From assembly GCA_028534125.1 (NCBI GenBank), contig JAPYYK010000086.1, positions 434,001-498,000 of the forward strand: DNA of 64,000 bases. Reading direction: 5' to 3'. A model generated the notes under the pieces. The model was not told the DNA's origin and searched no databases. It saw only the letters and a program-made list of their open reading frames with translations. The position numbers and the translations under genes are program-made. Positions 48,390 through 62,170 of the stretch are shown piece after piece. The DNA is from Lama glama. Taxonomy: Eukaryota. Every line of letters begins with the position of its first letter. Within the stretch, counting starts at the first letter, position 1.

Positions 48390-49219
48390 CTACAGGCAAT
48401 AAGAACAGCAAAGACTGACAGTCCCTGTACAGGCAAAGCGCTCGGCAGCAGTTCAGCCCTGCACTTCAGCTGATTCACCTGCTCACAGCCTCTTCTGTTC
48501 ATGGGCTTGGGCGTGTAAGGGCAGGAAAAGCCTCCAACAGCTGCCTTGGTTTCATAATGCAAATACTCATAATTCCACTGTAGAACAAGATTTAGCTTAA
48601 TTGAATTTGAAGAGATAATATTTGATTTCTACCCAGAGGAAGGAAACCAAATTTTAACAAATGTCTACTTGATGTCAGCACAGGGCCCTTAGTGGTCACC
48701 ATAGCTCTGTCCGAGATTATTACCCACAGTTTTGTAGGCAGTAGGCCCCATGAGAAGAGAGAGCGTGTTCATATTGTCCACAGTAGAATCAAATATCACT
48801 CATTAACTGATAGTGTTAGAGAAGTTAAGTAATTTATCTGAAGGTCATGATATGGCATCAACTTTGGGAGATTCCTCTGTATCAGACAACATTAGGTTTA
48901 AAATGTTAACGTAAGAGAAGACTGACTTTGGACTCATCACCCTCCCCTGTCTTTACCTTCTATCTTAACATGCCCTCTCTTTCAGATCAGGGGCTCAGAG
49001 GCCTAGTTGCTGCTGTGGGCCAAAGTCAGGCAAGGCCACTGGAGACAGGCTGACACAGCAGGTCACCAGCACCAGAACAAGTAGACTTCTTAGCCAGAAA
49101 ATACTGTGGTCAGAAAACAATAAGGAATTTCTAGAGTAAGGGAGCTATCCAGATAGAAAAGTAATTAAGATGAACCAAAATTATAGCCACATAGGAGGGC
49201 ATACAGACTGAATTACGAA

Positions 49220-49450
49220 CTAGGAATCCAGAGAAAACATGGTACTTACTAAAGTCATTGTCTCTGAAGTCAGAAAATCTGCATTCACATCCTATTTCTG
49301 TCACTTCAAGTTAAATGGTATTAGATAAATTACTCACTGTCCTTGTCGTGAAGCATGGATTATATACCTACTATTATTTTAAGGATTAAATAAAATAATC
49401 TCTACAAAGTTGTAAGCTGTCTGGCACACAGTAGGTACTCAGTGAATTTC
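49220..49450 (+). mobile_element. MIR SINE
   Basis: TCTGAAGTCAGAAAATCTG...AAGGATTAAATAAAATAAT...CTGGCACACAGTAGGTACTCAGT. Confidence 0.7.
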
Positions 49451-50949
49451 TGATGACACTTAGATGCATAAAGCCATAGTTAACTAAAAATTAACAGGGA
49501 AGGAAGGAAGGATTTTTAAAGAGAGACATCAGCTTTGAGAGCCCCCATTTTGTGCTCCCTAGCTTCTTAAGTGACAGATGTGCAGAACGGACCTTGGGAA
49601 CGCCATCTGGTATCTCCCTCTCTACTCTGTAGATTCTAAGGACTCTTAGGGTTCCCAAAGTGCCACCTACTCCACTGACCCACTCAGTCTTTTCCCCCAT
49701 ACAGTGTTCCTGTGTTCCTCTTCATCACTGTTAAAACTATCATTCCCTGAATGGAGATACACTCTCAAATAGATGTTAGGGCTGAAGTTCTCATTAAATT
49801 AGTTAACTTAAAGACATATATTTAATAATCATTTATTCTTTCTAGGTTTGACTTATTTATTGTAGAAGATGTGAATTTACCTAAACATCCTTGTATTCTG
49901 AGTGTGCATTAAGTGTGGTAAAGTAATGAGTTCCAGATAATACGGGGAAATATTTTCGTGAGGGAGTTTGAAGTCGTATCTCATGTATTTATAACTAACT
50001 GAGCTTCAGTAGCTTTCATTTCTAAATGTTCCGGGCAAACGGTTGAACATATTTTTATTACAATCTCCTTTCCAAATAATTGTGATGTCTGAGACATCTG
50101 TGTATCTTTATACACAGCCAGCTGAATCTCCCAATTAATTGTAAGTTAATTTGTTACCACAAAGCTATGCAGTCCACTTGAAGGAGGCTTTTAGAAGTAA
50201 GTAATCCTCCTTTGGTGACTAGCTAACAATCTAACTTAATCTGGTACTCCTCTAGAACTAACGCTGTAACTGCTAAATTGAACATGTTAACCATCCATCT
50301 TGATCATTGCATGAAGTTAGTTGCACTGTCCCTGAAAAGAATCATGGGTTTCAGCTGTGAGTACTCAAGACTGAGTTGAGTCCGCCAGTGGCCTCAAGCA
50401 CCATGGAGAGAGGCAAGAGACCATTCATAAGCAATTCTCTTTTCCTTCTCCATCCTTTCAGAATCATTGCTTTATATGTGACTTGGGCACATGCTCTGTA
50501 TATTGCAAGCTATTTGATTGTTGTGCAAATTGACCTATTTGATCTGCTTATTTTCTCCTTTTGAAAACAGTTTCCCTATTTTCTTGATAATACATTTGTT
50601 CTTTGCACTTTTAAAAAATCCTTTAGAAGCACAGTTACGTGTGTCTTTCAAGACAAAGGTAGTTGAATGTGTTCCCATTTCCCTTTTCAGAAGTCATTCT
50701 TTCGATCAAGAATTGCTTCCTTTCCATAACTTAATGAAGATATTATAGAGCTGTGGATTTTTTAAAAGTCCACATCGAATCATCACTATAGAAGATGCAA
50801 AAGGAGTTTCTAAATCTGCCATGAATATTTGACAGTTTGTTTAATATTTCTAGTGACTCTTTGCTTGGAAGGGATTTCCTTCCTTTGGGTTTCCCTAATA
50901 ATTGGTTTACACAGCTTTCATGAAAATTATTAATTACTTACATTTGTAA

Positions 50950-51485
50950 TGAAGACCCTTGGCATTTATGGATTTAATATTAGTGGTTTTAACTATTCGC
51001 AGATGACCTGATGGTCCATGACATGATTTGATTTGAAATTTTGCTGAGGTACATATTCAAATTGAGCACACAGACAAGCTGATGTGTGGGAACAAGTCAT
51101 GTGGCTAATGGTTAATTCTAGCTTTCTGCATGACACCCACATTCTTAACACACTTATATTATTTTCTCCTCACTGAATATATGGTAACTTCTCTGCAGTA
51201 ACTGAAACCTTTGCTTCTTTGTGAAAAATGGACATAAGTCAGAGAAAAAGCTTCAATAAAATTTAAAAGGTCAACATATATTGTAAGTACATGTAAAAAG
51301 GAAGCCAAAGTTATACATGACTCCAGAAGAATTCAGGAATCTGTACAAACTAGCATTCACAAAATGAGGATTTCTGAAGGTAATGATAATTTCATCTGAA
51401 TTTTAAGGGTTTATTTCAGGGATGAAAGGCACGGTTCAACTCTGATACCACCTCTGATTGACTTATGAGGATGTCCACTTACTGC
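50950..51485. mobile_element. Old Tigger-family element (Tigger15-like)
   Basis: Begins AGACCCTTGGCATTTATGGATTTAATATTAGTGGTTTTAACTATTCGC and ends CACTTACTG; recognised from memory. Confidence 0.45.
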
Positions 51486-52631
51486 ATTATGTTTTATGTT
51501 GTAATTGTTTGTATGTATACTTTGCCTTCTTCTCTACCACCAAGCAAAAATAAATTGTAAAATCAACATAGAAGATACTGTTCTTTGCTTATCTGACATC
51601 CATATCTTTTCTTCTCACTGCCTAACAAAATCACAATTTTATTTCTTTATCTTGTCCTCCAGTAAATATCAATATTCTTTGATGTGGAGGTGGGGACACT
51701 GTGCATATTGACTTGTGCCTAAGGGAGTTGACTGATATATGTATCCAAATTATAGGAGAGTGATTCTAGCTACAGGTATGGCTGGCTCCATAGATATTTT
51801 TAGGACTGTGTGTGTGTGTGCGTGTGTGTGTGTAGACAGATACATACACATACAGACTTAAAGTGAAATACTCAAATCTTAAACATACAATTCAATGAGT
51901 TTTAATAAATGTATAAAACTGTCTACTCAACATGACAATCAAAGTAAGTGAAATTTCTATCCCCCTCAAAGTTCTCTCAGCCTCATTCTTACAGACAAAT
52001 CCTTTGTAAACTGTGCTCACCTAACAGCACAAATTTCAAGAAAAGTTTAAGCTAAGTTTATAAACCCCCTAAAGAATGCCTTTTTCAAGTCCAAACATTT
52101 AAACACTTTCCCAGTGTTTAATTAACCAGCATTAATTGCTTTATTAATATATTTAACCCAAGTGCATGTATGCCTTATAATCCCATTAAACCATTACCAG
52201 TTTTGAGTCTTTACAAGTGAGATAATAAAAGGCTAAGAAAAGTGGCATTTTGGTGTTCAAAGCATCTGATATTTTGGAACTACATTTTCTATTTTAGCTA
52301 CAATTTACATTTTCTAAGCCTCCTCCAGGTACTTTGCTGAAGATTAAGTGTCCATCAGGTTTATGTAAATAGGAGAACTAAGATTCCCGTGCATATCCAT
52401 TTGTAAATTAAAAACAATGCTTTCCACCAGTTAGCTCTGTAAAAGGGAAATAGACCTTGACTAGACATAATGAGGCATTTGTGTTCACCTTAACTGTAAT
52501 TTACTATTAGTGTCTGAAGAGCCATCCGTTCTCATTTACTCTGTTAAGTGACAATAAGTGAAGCTAAAGTAAATTCGAATCAACACTCCTGGGTCACCTT
52601 AGTGAATTTATGGAGCGTACCATAGCGTTAC

Positions 52632-52821
52632 TTGAAATAACTGTGATTTTGGTCCTATTGTGCTATAGTACAAACCACTGCTTTGATTTGTCATTTTGTG
52701 TATCCAGTGATACTTAAAGTGCATGTCCTCAAGAAGCGTGAACTTGAGCTGTGGCTGTGTTAAGTGATCAGTACTCGCATTTAGTACATGATGGTCAAGG
52801 TGATCCATGTGGTGAGAGTGG
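52632..52821 (-). CDS. Candidate 190-nt exon (phase 2 to 0; HSHHMDHLDHHVLNAST...YSTIGPKSQLFQ)
   Basis: cctttcttgtttggctctgcag|C...CAA|gtaacg; 63 open codons; phase-compatible with 48343-48389; weak donor. Confidence 0.25.
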
Positions 52822-53509
52822 CTGCAGAGCCAAACAAGAAAGGCTCACTATTTTGAGATGCCTGAGTAAAAGGCAACTCAGTGGGGTATGCAAATCATAG
52901 ATTATAATTACATGTGTGTGTGTGAGTATGTACATATATATATGTATGTATGTATATATATATATATAAATAAACATCTTTTTTTCCTAAAGCTAATAAT
53001 AAAGGAAAAACCCAATAATAATGTAGGTTTTTTTTTCATTTAGCATAATTCAGTTTATTCAAAGAGTAAATTTTAGAAAACATAACCATATAAAACATAA
53101 TAGAAAAGAAACTAGAAATTCCTTACTGTTAAAGGTTTTTAAATGGTGTTGCCTCTGCCCTAATAGCTTTTAGAACATGTGGATCCAGGGGAGACTGGGC
53201 CCATGGGATTTTATCTCTTTGACCTTCAAATTGAACAGTTCTGTTTCTACCTAATGAATTATCTGAGGTTCTGTTCAGACAGAGTCAGAGAGAGAACAGG
53301 TCACTGGCCTAGGCTGTACATCACAAAGGCAGTGTACCAAATCCAATTCGTTCTCTAAGCGAGGCTCCAGAACTCTAGCAATATGCAGGCACTATAAACT
53401 TGGTGGACTGGTGTTTCTAAGTTACAGACTAGATCAGAAATAGAACATCTGAGATGGAGCAGCAGCAGTCTGAGGCTAAGGACAGTCATGGACACAAAGC
53501 AGCAAAAAG

Positions 53510-54927
53510 CAGTCAGGGACACAAAGCTGTGGTGATCCAGAGTGTAGCACTGCCGTAAGGACAGACATATCGACCAAGAGAATAAAACTGAGAGTCCAGA
53601 CATAAACTCATACATCTCTGCCCAACCGATTTCCGAAAAACGTGCCAAGTCCATTCAACAGATGGTACTGGAACACATGGATTTCAACATGCAAAAGAAT
53701 GAAGTCAGACTTCCAATCAGTACCGTATACAAAAATTTAGTCAGAATATAACAATGACTTAAATGTAAGAGTTAAAACCTTAAAGCTGTTAGAAAAAAAT
53801 GTCAAATGTTCACAACCTTGGATTTGGCAGCGTATTCTTAGATACGCCAACAAAAGATGAGAAGCAAAAGGAAGAAATATACATAAACTAGACTTCATCA
53901 AAAAGAATAAAATTTTGTGCATCAAAGGACATTACCAACAACATGGAAGGCTAACCCACAGACTGGGAGAAAATATTTGCAAATCATATATCTGTTAAGG
54001 GTTTAACATCCAGGGTATGCAAAGAATGCCTAAAACTCAACAAAGAACCCAATTCTAAAGTGGGCAAAGGACTCGAATAGACATTCCTCAAAGAACATAT
54101 ACAAATCACCAAGAGTTACTTGAAAAAATGATCAACATCATTAGTCTTCAGGGAAATGCAGATCAAAACCCCAATAAGATACAACCTCATACCTACTGCA
54201 ATGGCTATAATTTTTAAATAAAGGAAATTAACATGTTTTTGCAAGGATGTGGAGAGATTAGAACCTTCATNNNNNNNNNNNNNNNNNNNNNNNNNNNNNN
54301 NNNNNNNNNNNNNNNNNNNNNNNNNNNNNNNNNNNNNNNNNNNNNNNNNNNNNNNNNNNNNNNNNNNNNNNNNNNNNNNNNNNNNNNNNNNNNNNNNNTA
54401 AAAACATGGACTCAAAAAATACACATCCAGAGGTGTTCGTAACACCACAGGTCACAACAGCCAAAAGGTAGAAACAACCCAAGTGTCCATCAACAGATGA
54501 AGAGGTAAACAAAATATGATACATGCAAAGAAGGCAGTATCATTCAGCCTTAAAAAGGAAGGTGATTTTAATATATGGTACAAAATGGAAGAAACTTTAA
54601 AAAAATTAATGCTAGCTGAACTAACCCAGACACAAAAGGACAAATACTGCATGTCAACTTACATGAGATATTCAGAAAAGGCAGGTTGGCAGAGGCAGGA
54701 AGTAAAGTGAAGATTACCAGCGTCTGGGAGTTGTGGTGAGGGGAAATACTTTGCCTAGTGGGTACAGAGTTTCTGCTTAGAGTGATGGAAGTGATCTGGA
54801 AATACCGATGATGGTTTCATAACACTGTGAATATAATTAATCCCACTGAATTATATACACTTAAAATGTTAAAATGGCAAATTTTACATTATATACATTT
54901 TACCACAGTGATAAAAAGAAAAAATCA
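53510..54927 (+). mobile_element. L1MA/L1MB ORF2 end and 3'UTR, containing an assembly gap
   Basis: GGGAGAAAATATTTGCAAATCATATATCTG, GAAACAACCCAAGTGTCCATCAACAGATGAA, and an A-rich tail at about 54915. Confidence 0.9.
54271..54398. other. Assembly gap (128 N)
   Basis: Run of N inside an L1. Confidence 0.99.
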
Positions 54928-55559
54928 ATCACTGAAAGGCTGGAAAAGAGGCATACATTTTAAAAAATAAGTAGTGATATTTACAAATGACACAGTAAAT
55001 ATTTACCACTGGTTCAGCCCCGCTGAGCAGCAACCAATCAGCATGGATGCTAACTACAGATACGGGTCTTGAGGTACTGATGAGTACATTGAATCCAGCA
55101 TGAAATTACTAAAGCTCATCCCTGAAGAAACAGGCAGGAAAAAAGACTCAATGTGCTCAATACAGTGTGAGGCTACCAAAGCAGAGCTTGTCTGAGCAGA
55201 AGAGCTGTATACACCTAAGGCCCTCATTTTGCAGATGACAGCGGTGAGGCCTGGAGCGGTGCAAAGACTGGCCGAAGCCCTGCCACATGATGCACACATC
55301 CTGCACTGCCAGCATGCTCACGTAATCATGTCTCTCCCCACCTTTCCACAACACATGCAGTAAAAAGAAGTGCAAGAAATCCACTTTGTATGAAAATGAA
55401 GCCAACTCAATGAAAAGGAAACATCAGTTACTGTGATTGCCATGAGGGTATGCGGTACATTTCTGATTTTCTTAATTCTTTCTCATCCAGGTTGGTCAAT
55501 GAGCTACTCAGTCTGCAATGTCCCCCATCCTTTCAGTGGCCATGGTGCCCCTGTACTTA

Positions 55560-55790
55560 AGTGAACTGGGGTTGTGGAGTAAAGAGGTTCAGAAAACAGG
55601 CAGATAGATCAGAGTTTGTTGCCAGCTCAGCCATGGATCTGCTGTCTGAACTGGAGCATGGACTATGGTTATGTACTAAACCTTGCTAAACCTCAATTTT
55701 TTCATCTGTAAAATGGGTATAATGACGTACCTATATATCCTTCATGGGACTGCTCTGATGATGGAATGAGACAGCCAGTGTCTTCAAAAT
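55560..55790 (+). mobile_element. MIR SINE
   Basis: Core AACCTCAATTTTTTCATCTGTAAAATGGGTATAAT. Confidence 0.75.
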
Positions 55791-56989
55791 GCCAGTGTCT
55801 TACATGCAATCAAGGCCCACTACTCCTCCCCCTCCCCCAACACTCTCCCCACCACCGCTCGTGGGCTCACCACTCCTACACCTATAGGGAGGACTCCCTC
55901 CATTTTACTGCATTTCAAGTCACTCTAAGTTACTGTTCCAAAAGTTTAATCTTTCATTTTACTTTGCCTCCTTCACAATTATAAAACCTTATTTGCAAGT
56001 TGACTGTTTGGATATTGGTCTAGGTATTACAAAGGTGTAGTAACCCTCTACTAACCCCTGTCTCCCACGACTCGCCCCAGCACCCTCTCCCTGACTTTCA
56101 GGAGAGGGTAGCATTGACATAAACACCTGACTAGGGGTTACAGAGGGACCTGCTTGTAGCTAATAGTACACTTTGGAATTTTTCACGTAGAAGAGAGAAA
56201 GAAGAAAAGAGGATGAACCTACCCAAGACCAAAATTCAGTCAATGACTAAAATGGAAAACTCAATTCTCATGCTGTACATGCTATTTAGGGCCAGTTATT
56301 AGCCTAGTAAGTCTTATACTTGATAAGGATTAATGAGAAACATGAATTCCCCATCTCTCTTAGCTTTCTTTGGGAGACATTGATGGATGGCCCAGAAACA
56401 CCCCCATCCAGGGAGGAAGTGACCTCCTGGAAGAAACCAGAGCTCATTGTGTTCTTGTCCAGGCTCGACCTCTAAAACAAAACAGTTAAGGTTCTTCTGC
56501 CAAATACCTGCCTGTAACTAGGCAATACATAAATTTATAAAGTAATAGTCCCTCTGAAAAACACTTGTGGAAAAACAAAGTCTAGGTTAAAATACATAAA
56601 CAATGAAAATTCCAGTTCTGACATCAGAGTGAGTGATATGCTACATCACTGGGAGCAATGATTAAAATCACTATGAATCTCGCAAAATGAATTCTTTAAA
56701 AAATCTAACACAACTGTGCACTTATAAAAAATATACTTGGGATTTTTTTCTGTCTTTCAGAAATCAATAAAAATATTCTACTTTACTATTTCCAAGCTGT
56801 CCTCTGTTATTTATTCAACAGAATTTCTCCTTATGAATACATTTTGATACTTTGTTGAAATGCATATCAGGGTACAAAAACTAAGAATTATTTTATGTTC
56901 TAATCTAAAAGATCAATTTTTAAAGACTCTAATAACTGTATAATAATTCTATAGGATAAATATAATTTACCTTTATTAGGTGAAATATG

Positions 56990-57410
56990 AATAATTTAGT
57001 CGCTCATGCGACTCAAAATTCCAGGGCTCTGTCTTCAGGTACAGTTTGATCCAGGAGTCAACAGACAGCCTCAAAACTTAACATTTTTGACTCTACTTAT
57101 CTCTTTTGGTTTCATTTGAAATGCTTTTCATGGCTTGCGCTCTGTAGCACCAGGCCTATATAGCACATTCTTTCAGCAATCCAAGTGGCAAGAGTTCTAC
57201 CAGCTCCAGCCATGGTTATCCATTACTCCAGGATTCCCCTCATTAGAGTAATCAAGGACGTGGACTACACCAAGTAGCCACAACTGGGTCATATTCTCAC
57301 CCTTAGAGTCAGGGGTTCAACCTCCCAAAAATATGAAGACAGAAAGTGGGAGAAGTCTCTAGAAAACTCAGACTGCTGCTTCCAGAAGGCAAAATCTAAG
57401 TAGACAGAAA
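56990..57410 (-). mobile_element. Old MLT1 LTR fragment
   Basis: GTCTTCAGGTACAGTTTGATCCAGGAGTCAA is reverse MLT1-like. Confidence 0.5.
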
Positions 57411-58959
57411 CAGCTTAAACTTATAGGCCGGGCTAATTGTTCTTCAACATGGAAAACTACTCAGAGCTCCCATTTCAGATTCTCACAGTGACTGTGAGTC
57501 CCAGAGCTCTCCAGGCTGGTGCTTCTCCTTCTGTGACATAGAATATTCAGTTACCTGGTTTGTAGACACACTATTTACACTTAATGCTTGTAAAATGCTC
57601 AGGGCCCAAAACATGCTATATAAATGCAAAGTATCAATATAAATTGTGCTAAAAGAGGTATTCCCCAGTTAACAGAAGGAACAGCATGCCTGCAAAGATA
57701 CATCAAATGCTATAAAAGAAATGCTAATTTTTTTGCCTTTTCACCACATAATTTAAAAATTGCTTTACCCACATCCTGTATTTTAGAGGTTATATTTTCT
57801 CTCAGAATGTCTGCACTTCAATCACTTGACTTTATAAAGGTTATCATAACATGACTTTTTTTTTTTAACCAAGCCACTTCTGGAGGATGACAGAAGCGTT
57901 TGTTAGAATTCCAATACAGTGACAAAATTCTCTGTGCCCTTGTTCTGAGCCCTGAGAAAAATTGATTTTCAAGTGCCTCTGATAAAGGATTTCAGTCATT
58001 TGGAATTTTTTTGTCTTTTTGAGAAATAGAGAGAAGTGGTTTGGGTTAAAGGTATAAATTCTCCTATTTAGTCACAGAAACAAATTTAGATCTTCATAGC
58101 ACATAGTGAAGATGAATGAAAAGCTAGCACCACACGGATGCTGCCAGGATCAGAGGTAGAAATCTCGCCTGATGGGTGATCAATGAGCCAGTAAAGGTTA
58201 GAAGAATTATAAATGTGGATGCTGAAGAGCAAAGGACAGTAGAAAAGGCAATAAGAAGTACAGCTCTTTTGGGTGATTTCTTTCATTCATCACAATGTTA
58301 AGATGACCTAGATGCAAAAAAATAAAATTCTCTCTTGTAACTGCCAGACTGGTTTGAAGTCCAAGTCAAAGCATTTTCAATTACTGACCTAGTTACATGT
58401 TTTATTGTTGTGGTGGTGGTTTTCCATTTTTGTTTGGTTTTCATTTATGTTTTGTTTTGACTTTTAGCCATGAAAATCAATTCCAGTCTAAAGAGCTAGG
58501 AAATGGGGTAGAGAGATAGTTTCATGAACTAAGAGTTAGTGAACATTAAAGGACAACAATACACAACAAAGCAGGTTACAAAACAGCATGGAATATGACC
58601 CACTTATTTTTAAAAGATGGGTATGCTATATTCGATGGTGTTTGACGGTGCTTCCCATGGGCCAGATACTCTTCTGAGGGCTTTACATTTAACTCATGTA
58701 ATCCTCACTTCATAGGTGAATACCAATAACCTTCTGATAAATGAGGGAACTGAGGCACAGAGAGAGGTGCAGGAAATTCCCTGTGGGCTCAGTAAGACGG
58801 AAAGAGAGAGATGGACGGGCGGATCAATCTGCAATGATGTTTACTGAGATGTTAATGATAATTCCTTCTAAACGCTGGAGTTAAGAGTCTCACCTTGTTA
58901 TCTAAAAATGAAGAAAATCAAAAATATTTCCCACTAAATATATATATATCTTTAAACTT

Positions 58960-59760
58960 AGGAAATAAACATCAATGGTTATTGTCATTCTTCTTTGATG
59001 ACTCAGTTATCCCATCGAGCATCTTAATTTGACTGTTTCAGTCAATTCAGACTCAATCAGTTCCAAGAGGATGGAGGTTCACCTTCGCTCCAGACCTTCT
59101 CCTCATCCTCACTCCTGTCCTTGGGGAGTGGTGCCACCACACCCCCAGCCAACCAAGAAACAAGCCTAGGAATCTCCTCAGGCACATTACCTGTTCTGTC
59201 TCCATCTGGACAGTAGGTGTACAAGCTCAATAATTTCACCACCCACTTGGTTCTCAAACCCACACCTTCCTTCTGTACCCTTTCTCCTCTATCACATGTT
59301 TACCAACCTAGTTAAAATTCTCAGCATCTTCTGCCAGAGTTTTCCCAATAGCTTCCTAACAGCTTTTGTTCCCTGCACCCACCACACTCATTCTCTTCTT
59401 TCCATCTTTCTAGTTTACCTTGCATCTTGCCTACAAAACTACCTTTGTAGAAATATGATCATACCATGCTCCTGCTTAAAAAAATCCAGAGTTGCTCCCC
59501 CTTATTAAAAATAAAAATGAAACACCTTTGCATTAAATAGAAGTCCCTCCAAAATCTGGATCCCACATGCCTTTCTCATTTGCAACACAAGTTGCCCTGG
59601 TATTCTGTTTACGCCTCAACTGCTCAAGGTTTTCTGGGCTCACACAACCATACACTGAGGTTTCCCACCTCCAGAACTTGATGTATGCTATTCTTTTTAT
59701 CTGAAATGCCTTTGGCTGCATTTAAACCTTTCTACCCTTCATCCCTAGGACAGAGCCTAG
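58960..59760 (+). mobile_element. L2 fragments
   Basis: CAAGAAACAAGCCTAGGAATCTCC and ATGATCATACCATGCTCCTGCTTAAAAAAATCCAG. Confidence 0.6.
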
Positions 59761-59862
59761 CACCCATTCATTCAATTAATATTTTTAGCCACTTGCTATG
59801 CATCAAGCAATTTTCTTGGGCTGGTGATATAAAAATAAACCTAATCAGATCTGATTCTTGCA

Positions 59863-59975
59863 AAGGGTGACCAACTCCCCCTAGTTTGGCCAGAACTTTT
59901 CCAGGTTTAGCACTAAAACTCTCATGTTTCAGGAAACCCTTCAGCCTGGACATCCCAGGGCAGTTGATCACCTCA
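59863..59975. mobile_element. MER81-like hAT-Blackjack MITE
   Basis: TIRs AGGGTGACCAACT ... AGTTGATCACCT; internal TTTAGCACTAAAA and GGAAACCCTTCAG. Confidence 0.8.
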
Positions 59976-62170
59976 TTCCTGTACCCTGTGAACTTAACTT
60001 TCTAGCAAGGGAATTCAGTTAATAAATGGCTGTTAAATGAAATTAGTAAATAAAGGAATTTCTTTTTAGAGTATCTCAGGATGGTCATTGTAAGTATCTT
60101 TTTATCTTCATATAATTTCACAATAAACTGAAGTCAACTTTCTGATGGAGAGAAAAACATGTAAGTAGCTTCATATACAAAACCCAAGTCCTAACATGAA
60201 GTGAACCAGATGACTTGACTTGTGGAGAACAGACGGAGCCAGAGCAGCTTGGGAAGGGCTCCCCGGAAGAGGGGCAGGTGAGCAAGGGAAGAACCCGTCT
60301 CCCACCAGGGAAGTGTAAACTCAGCTTGTGTCTCTTCCCCTGACACATGGCCAGCAGGAGGAACGCTTCTGAAATGGTTTCATAGGAGGACGGGGTGGAA
60401 ATGCAGGAAATAAGGGAGATGGGGTTCTCAGCCTCTTTGATTGAAACGATTCATTAACCTCATCTGTACAATAAAGATACTCAACTCACAAGGTTTTAAA
60501 AAGATTAATTCAGTGTATCTGAAGTGCTGGGGACAGTGCCAGGAACGTGGTAAATATCAGCTTACCCCACCACTCGCTCTACTACTCATCCCAAACATGG
60601 ACCAGAAACACACACAGGGCAGCTGGAGACAGTAGGGCTGGCTGGACTCGGTGCCTCTGTTCTCAGCCTTACCCAAGAAGAGGCCCAAGGCAGGAGGGTA
60701 GAAAGAGCACTTTGAGTTCCATGCTGATCAGGTTACCCAGCATGCACTGGAGAGCAAATCAATCTAAGACTCAACCTTCAAACCCACCCTGTTTCAGCTC
60801 ATAAAACCATCTGCATCCCCACTAGTCTGTGCTGACAGCAAATTTCTAAAAGATGGGCCAGAAAACACCAGGAAAGAAGTCCCTTTTTCAAAATATTCCA
60901 ATGCAAACTATTCCATATTAATAATAAAAATAAAATTTGGTAAATAAGGAAATTATTTTTCATTCTTTAGCTAAACATTATTGAACTTGAAAGTCATGGA
61001 AAATCAGACTTGTTCACACAGATTAAAATTAGCTCTAATAAACAGCCAAAAACTCATCTTGTGCCAAGAGGCTTAACACACAATCTGATATTTATATTCT
61101 AGAAACAGGAATACAGTTATGCCCTTTTAAAAGTTAGTTGAATTAAGCAGGCAAAATCATCAGACTAAGTACAGACACTGGCATGTTTCTGGCTCCCTTT
61201 AAAAAAAAAATTAGTTATTCTGAGTTAACTTGAATATGGAGGAATAACATATCCAGGGCTCAGGCACCAAAACTACAACCAGATGGCAGGATGAGTCCAT
61301 CTGAGTTAACGGTTTGCATTCCAACGATGCCCAGATGGGGTTCTTGAGCGCATGTGGCCAGTGCAGCACATGCCTCCTCTTCAAGCATTCTGCCCAAACA
61401 TATGGCCTCAAGGAGATACAGTTGGTTATTGGGGATGGTAATTGAGCCTAAATCTCAGTTAACGTTGATGGTAAAAGTTAGGTTAAAAATCTGAAAAACC
61501 GGTGGTTTGAAGATTCACCAGGCAGAGAAAGGTAGTGTCAGAGGTGAGGATCTCTGCCTGGGAAAGAGCAAAGACAAGGCATCACGCCCTAGAATGTGCA
61601 GACCCCTTTCTGTAAGGCCTTCCACCAAGGTTCCCGTTTGAGAGTCCCCCCTGCTCTCACAGCCATGAGAGCAAATGGGGAAATGATCATATTTTTCATG
61701 AACAAAACTGTATTCCACATTCCACCGGAGACTTTACCAGCCCTTCCCCCTACTTCTGACTCAAGTGGAACAAACATAAAGCCTCTCTTTCTAATGGTGT
61801 ATGTGCATGCTATATCGAAAGCCTTCGCCAACATTTTTAAAATATTTAACTCTTTCCTGGGCCACAATATCTGGGTTATTTTAACACTGTCTAAGTAAGC
61901 AGACACAAAAATAGTCAACGGTCCACTTAACTGGCTTCCAATAGAAACCATGGCAGGCTGAAAGTAAATCACCCAACAGCTCCAGGAGGAAACTTAGTGT
62001 GGGCTTCCTTGCAGCTCTACAGTCAGTAGAACAATTTTCTCAAGTAGGCACGTACCACAGGAAGCCAGCCATATTCCTTTCACCTAACGGAAGACACAAA
62101 TGTGACCATGGGCTTCCCTGCTTACACCCTTCAATGATTATCCAGTGCTGACGAATGTAGCCAGAAATTC

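Noticed and set aside
55054-55124. Minus-strand acceptor (ttttttcctgcctgtttcttcag) leading to GMSFSNFMLDSMYSSVPQDPYL*
   Set aside because: No convincing donor or other support; indistinguishable from a pseudo-acceptor.
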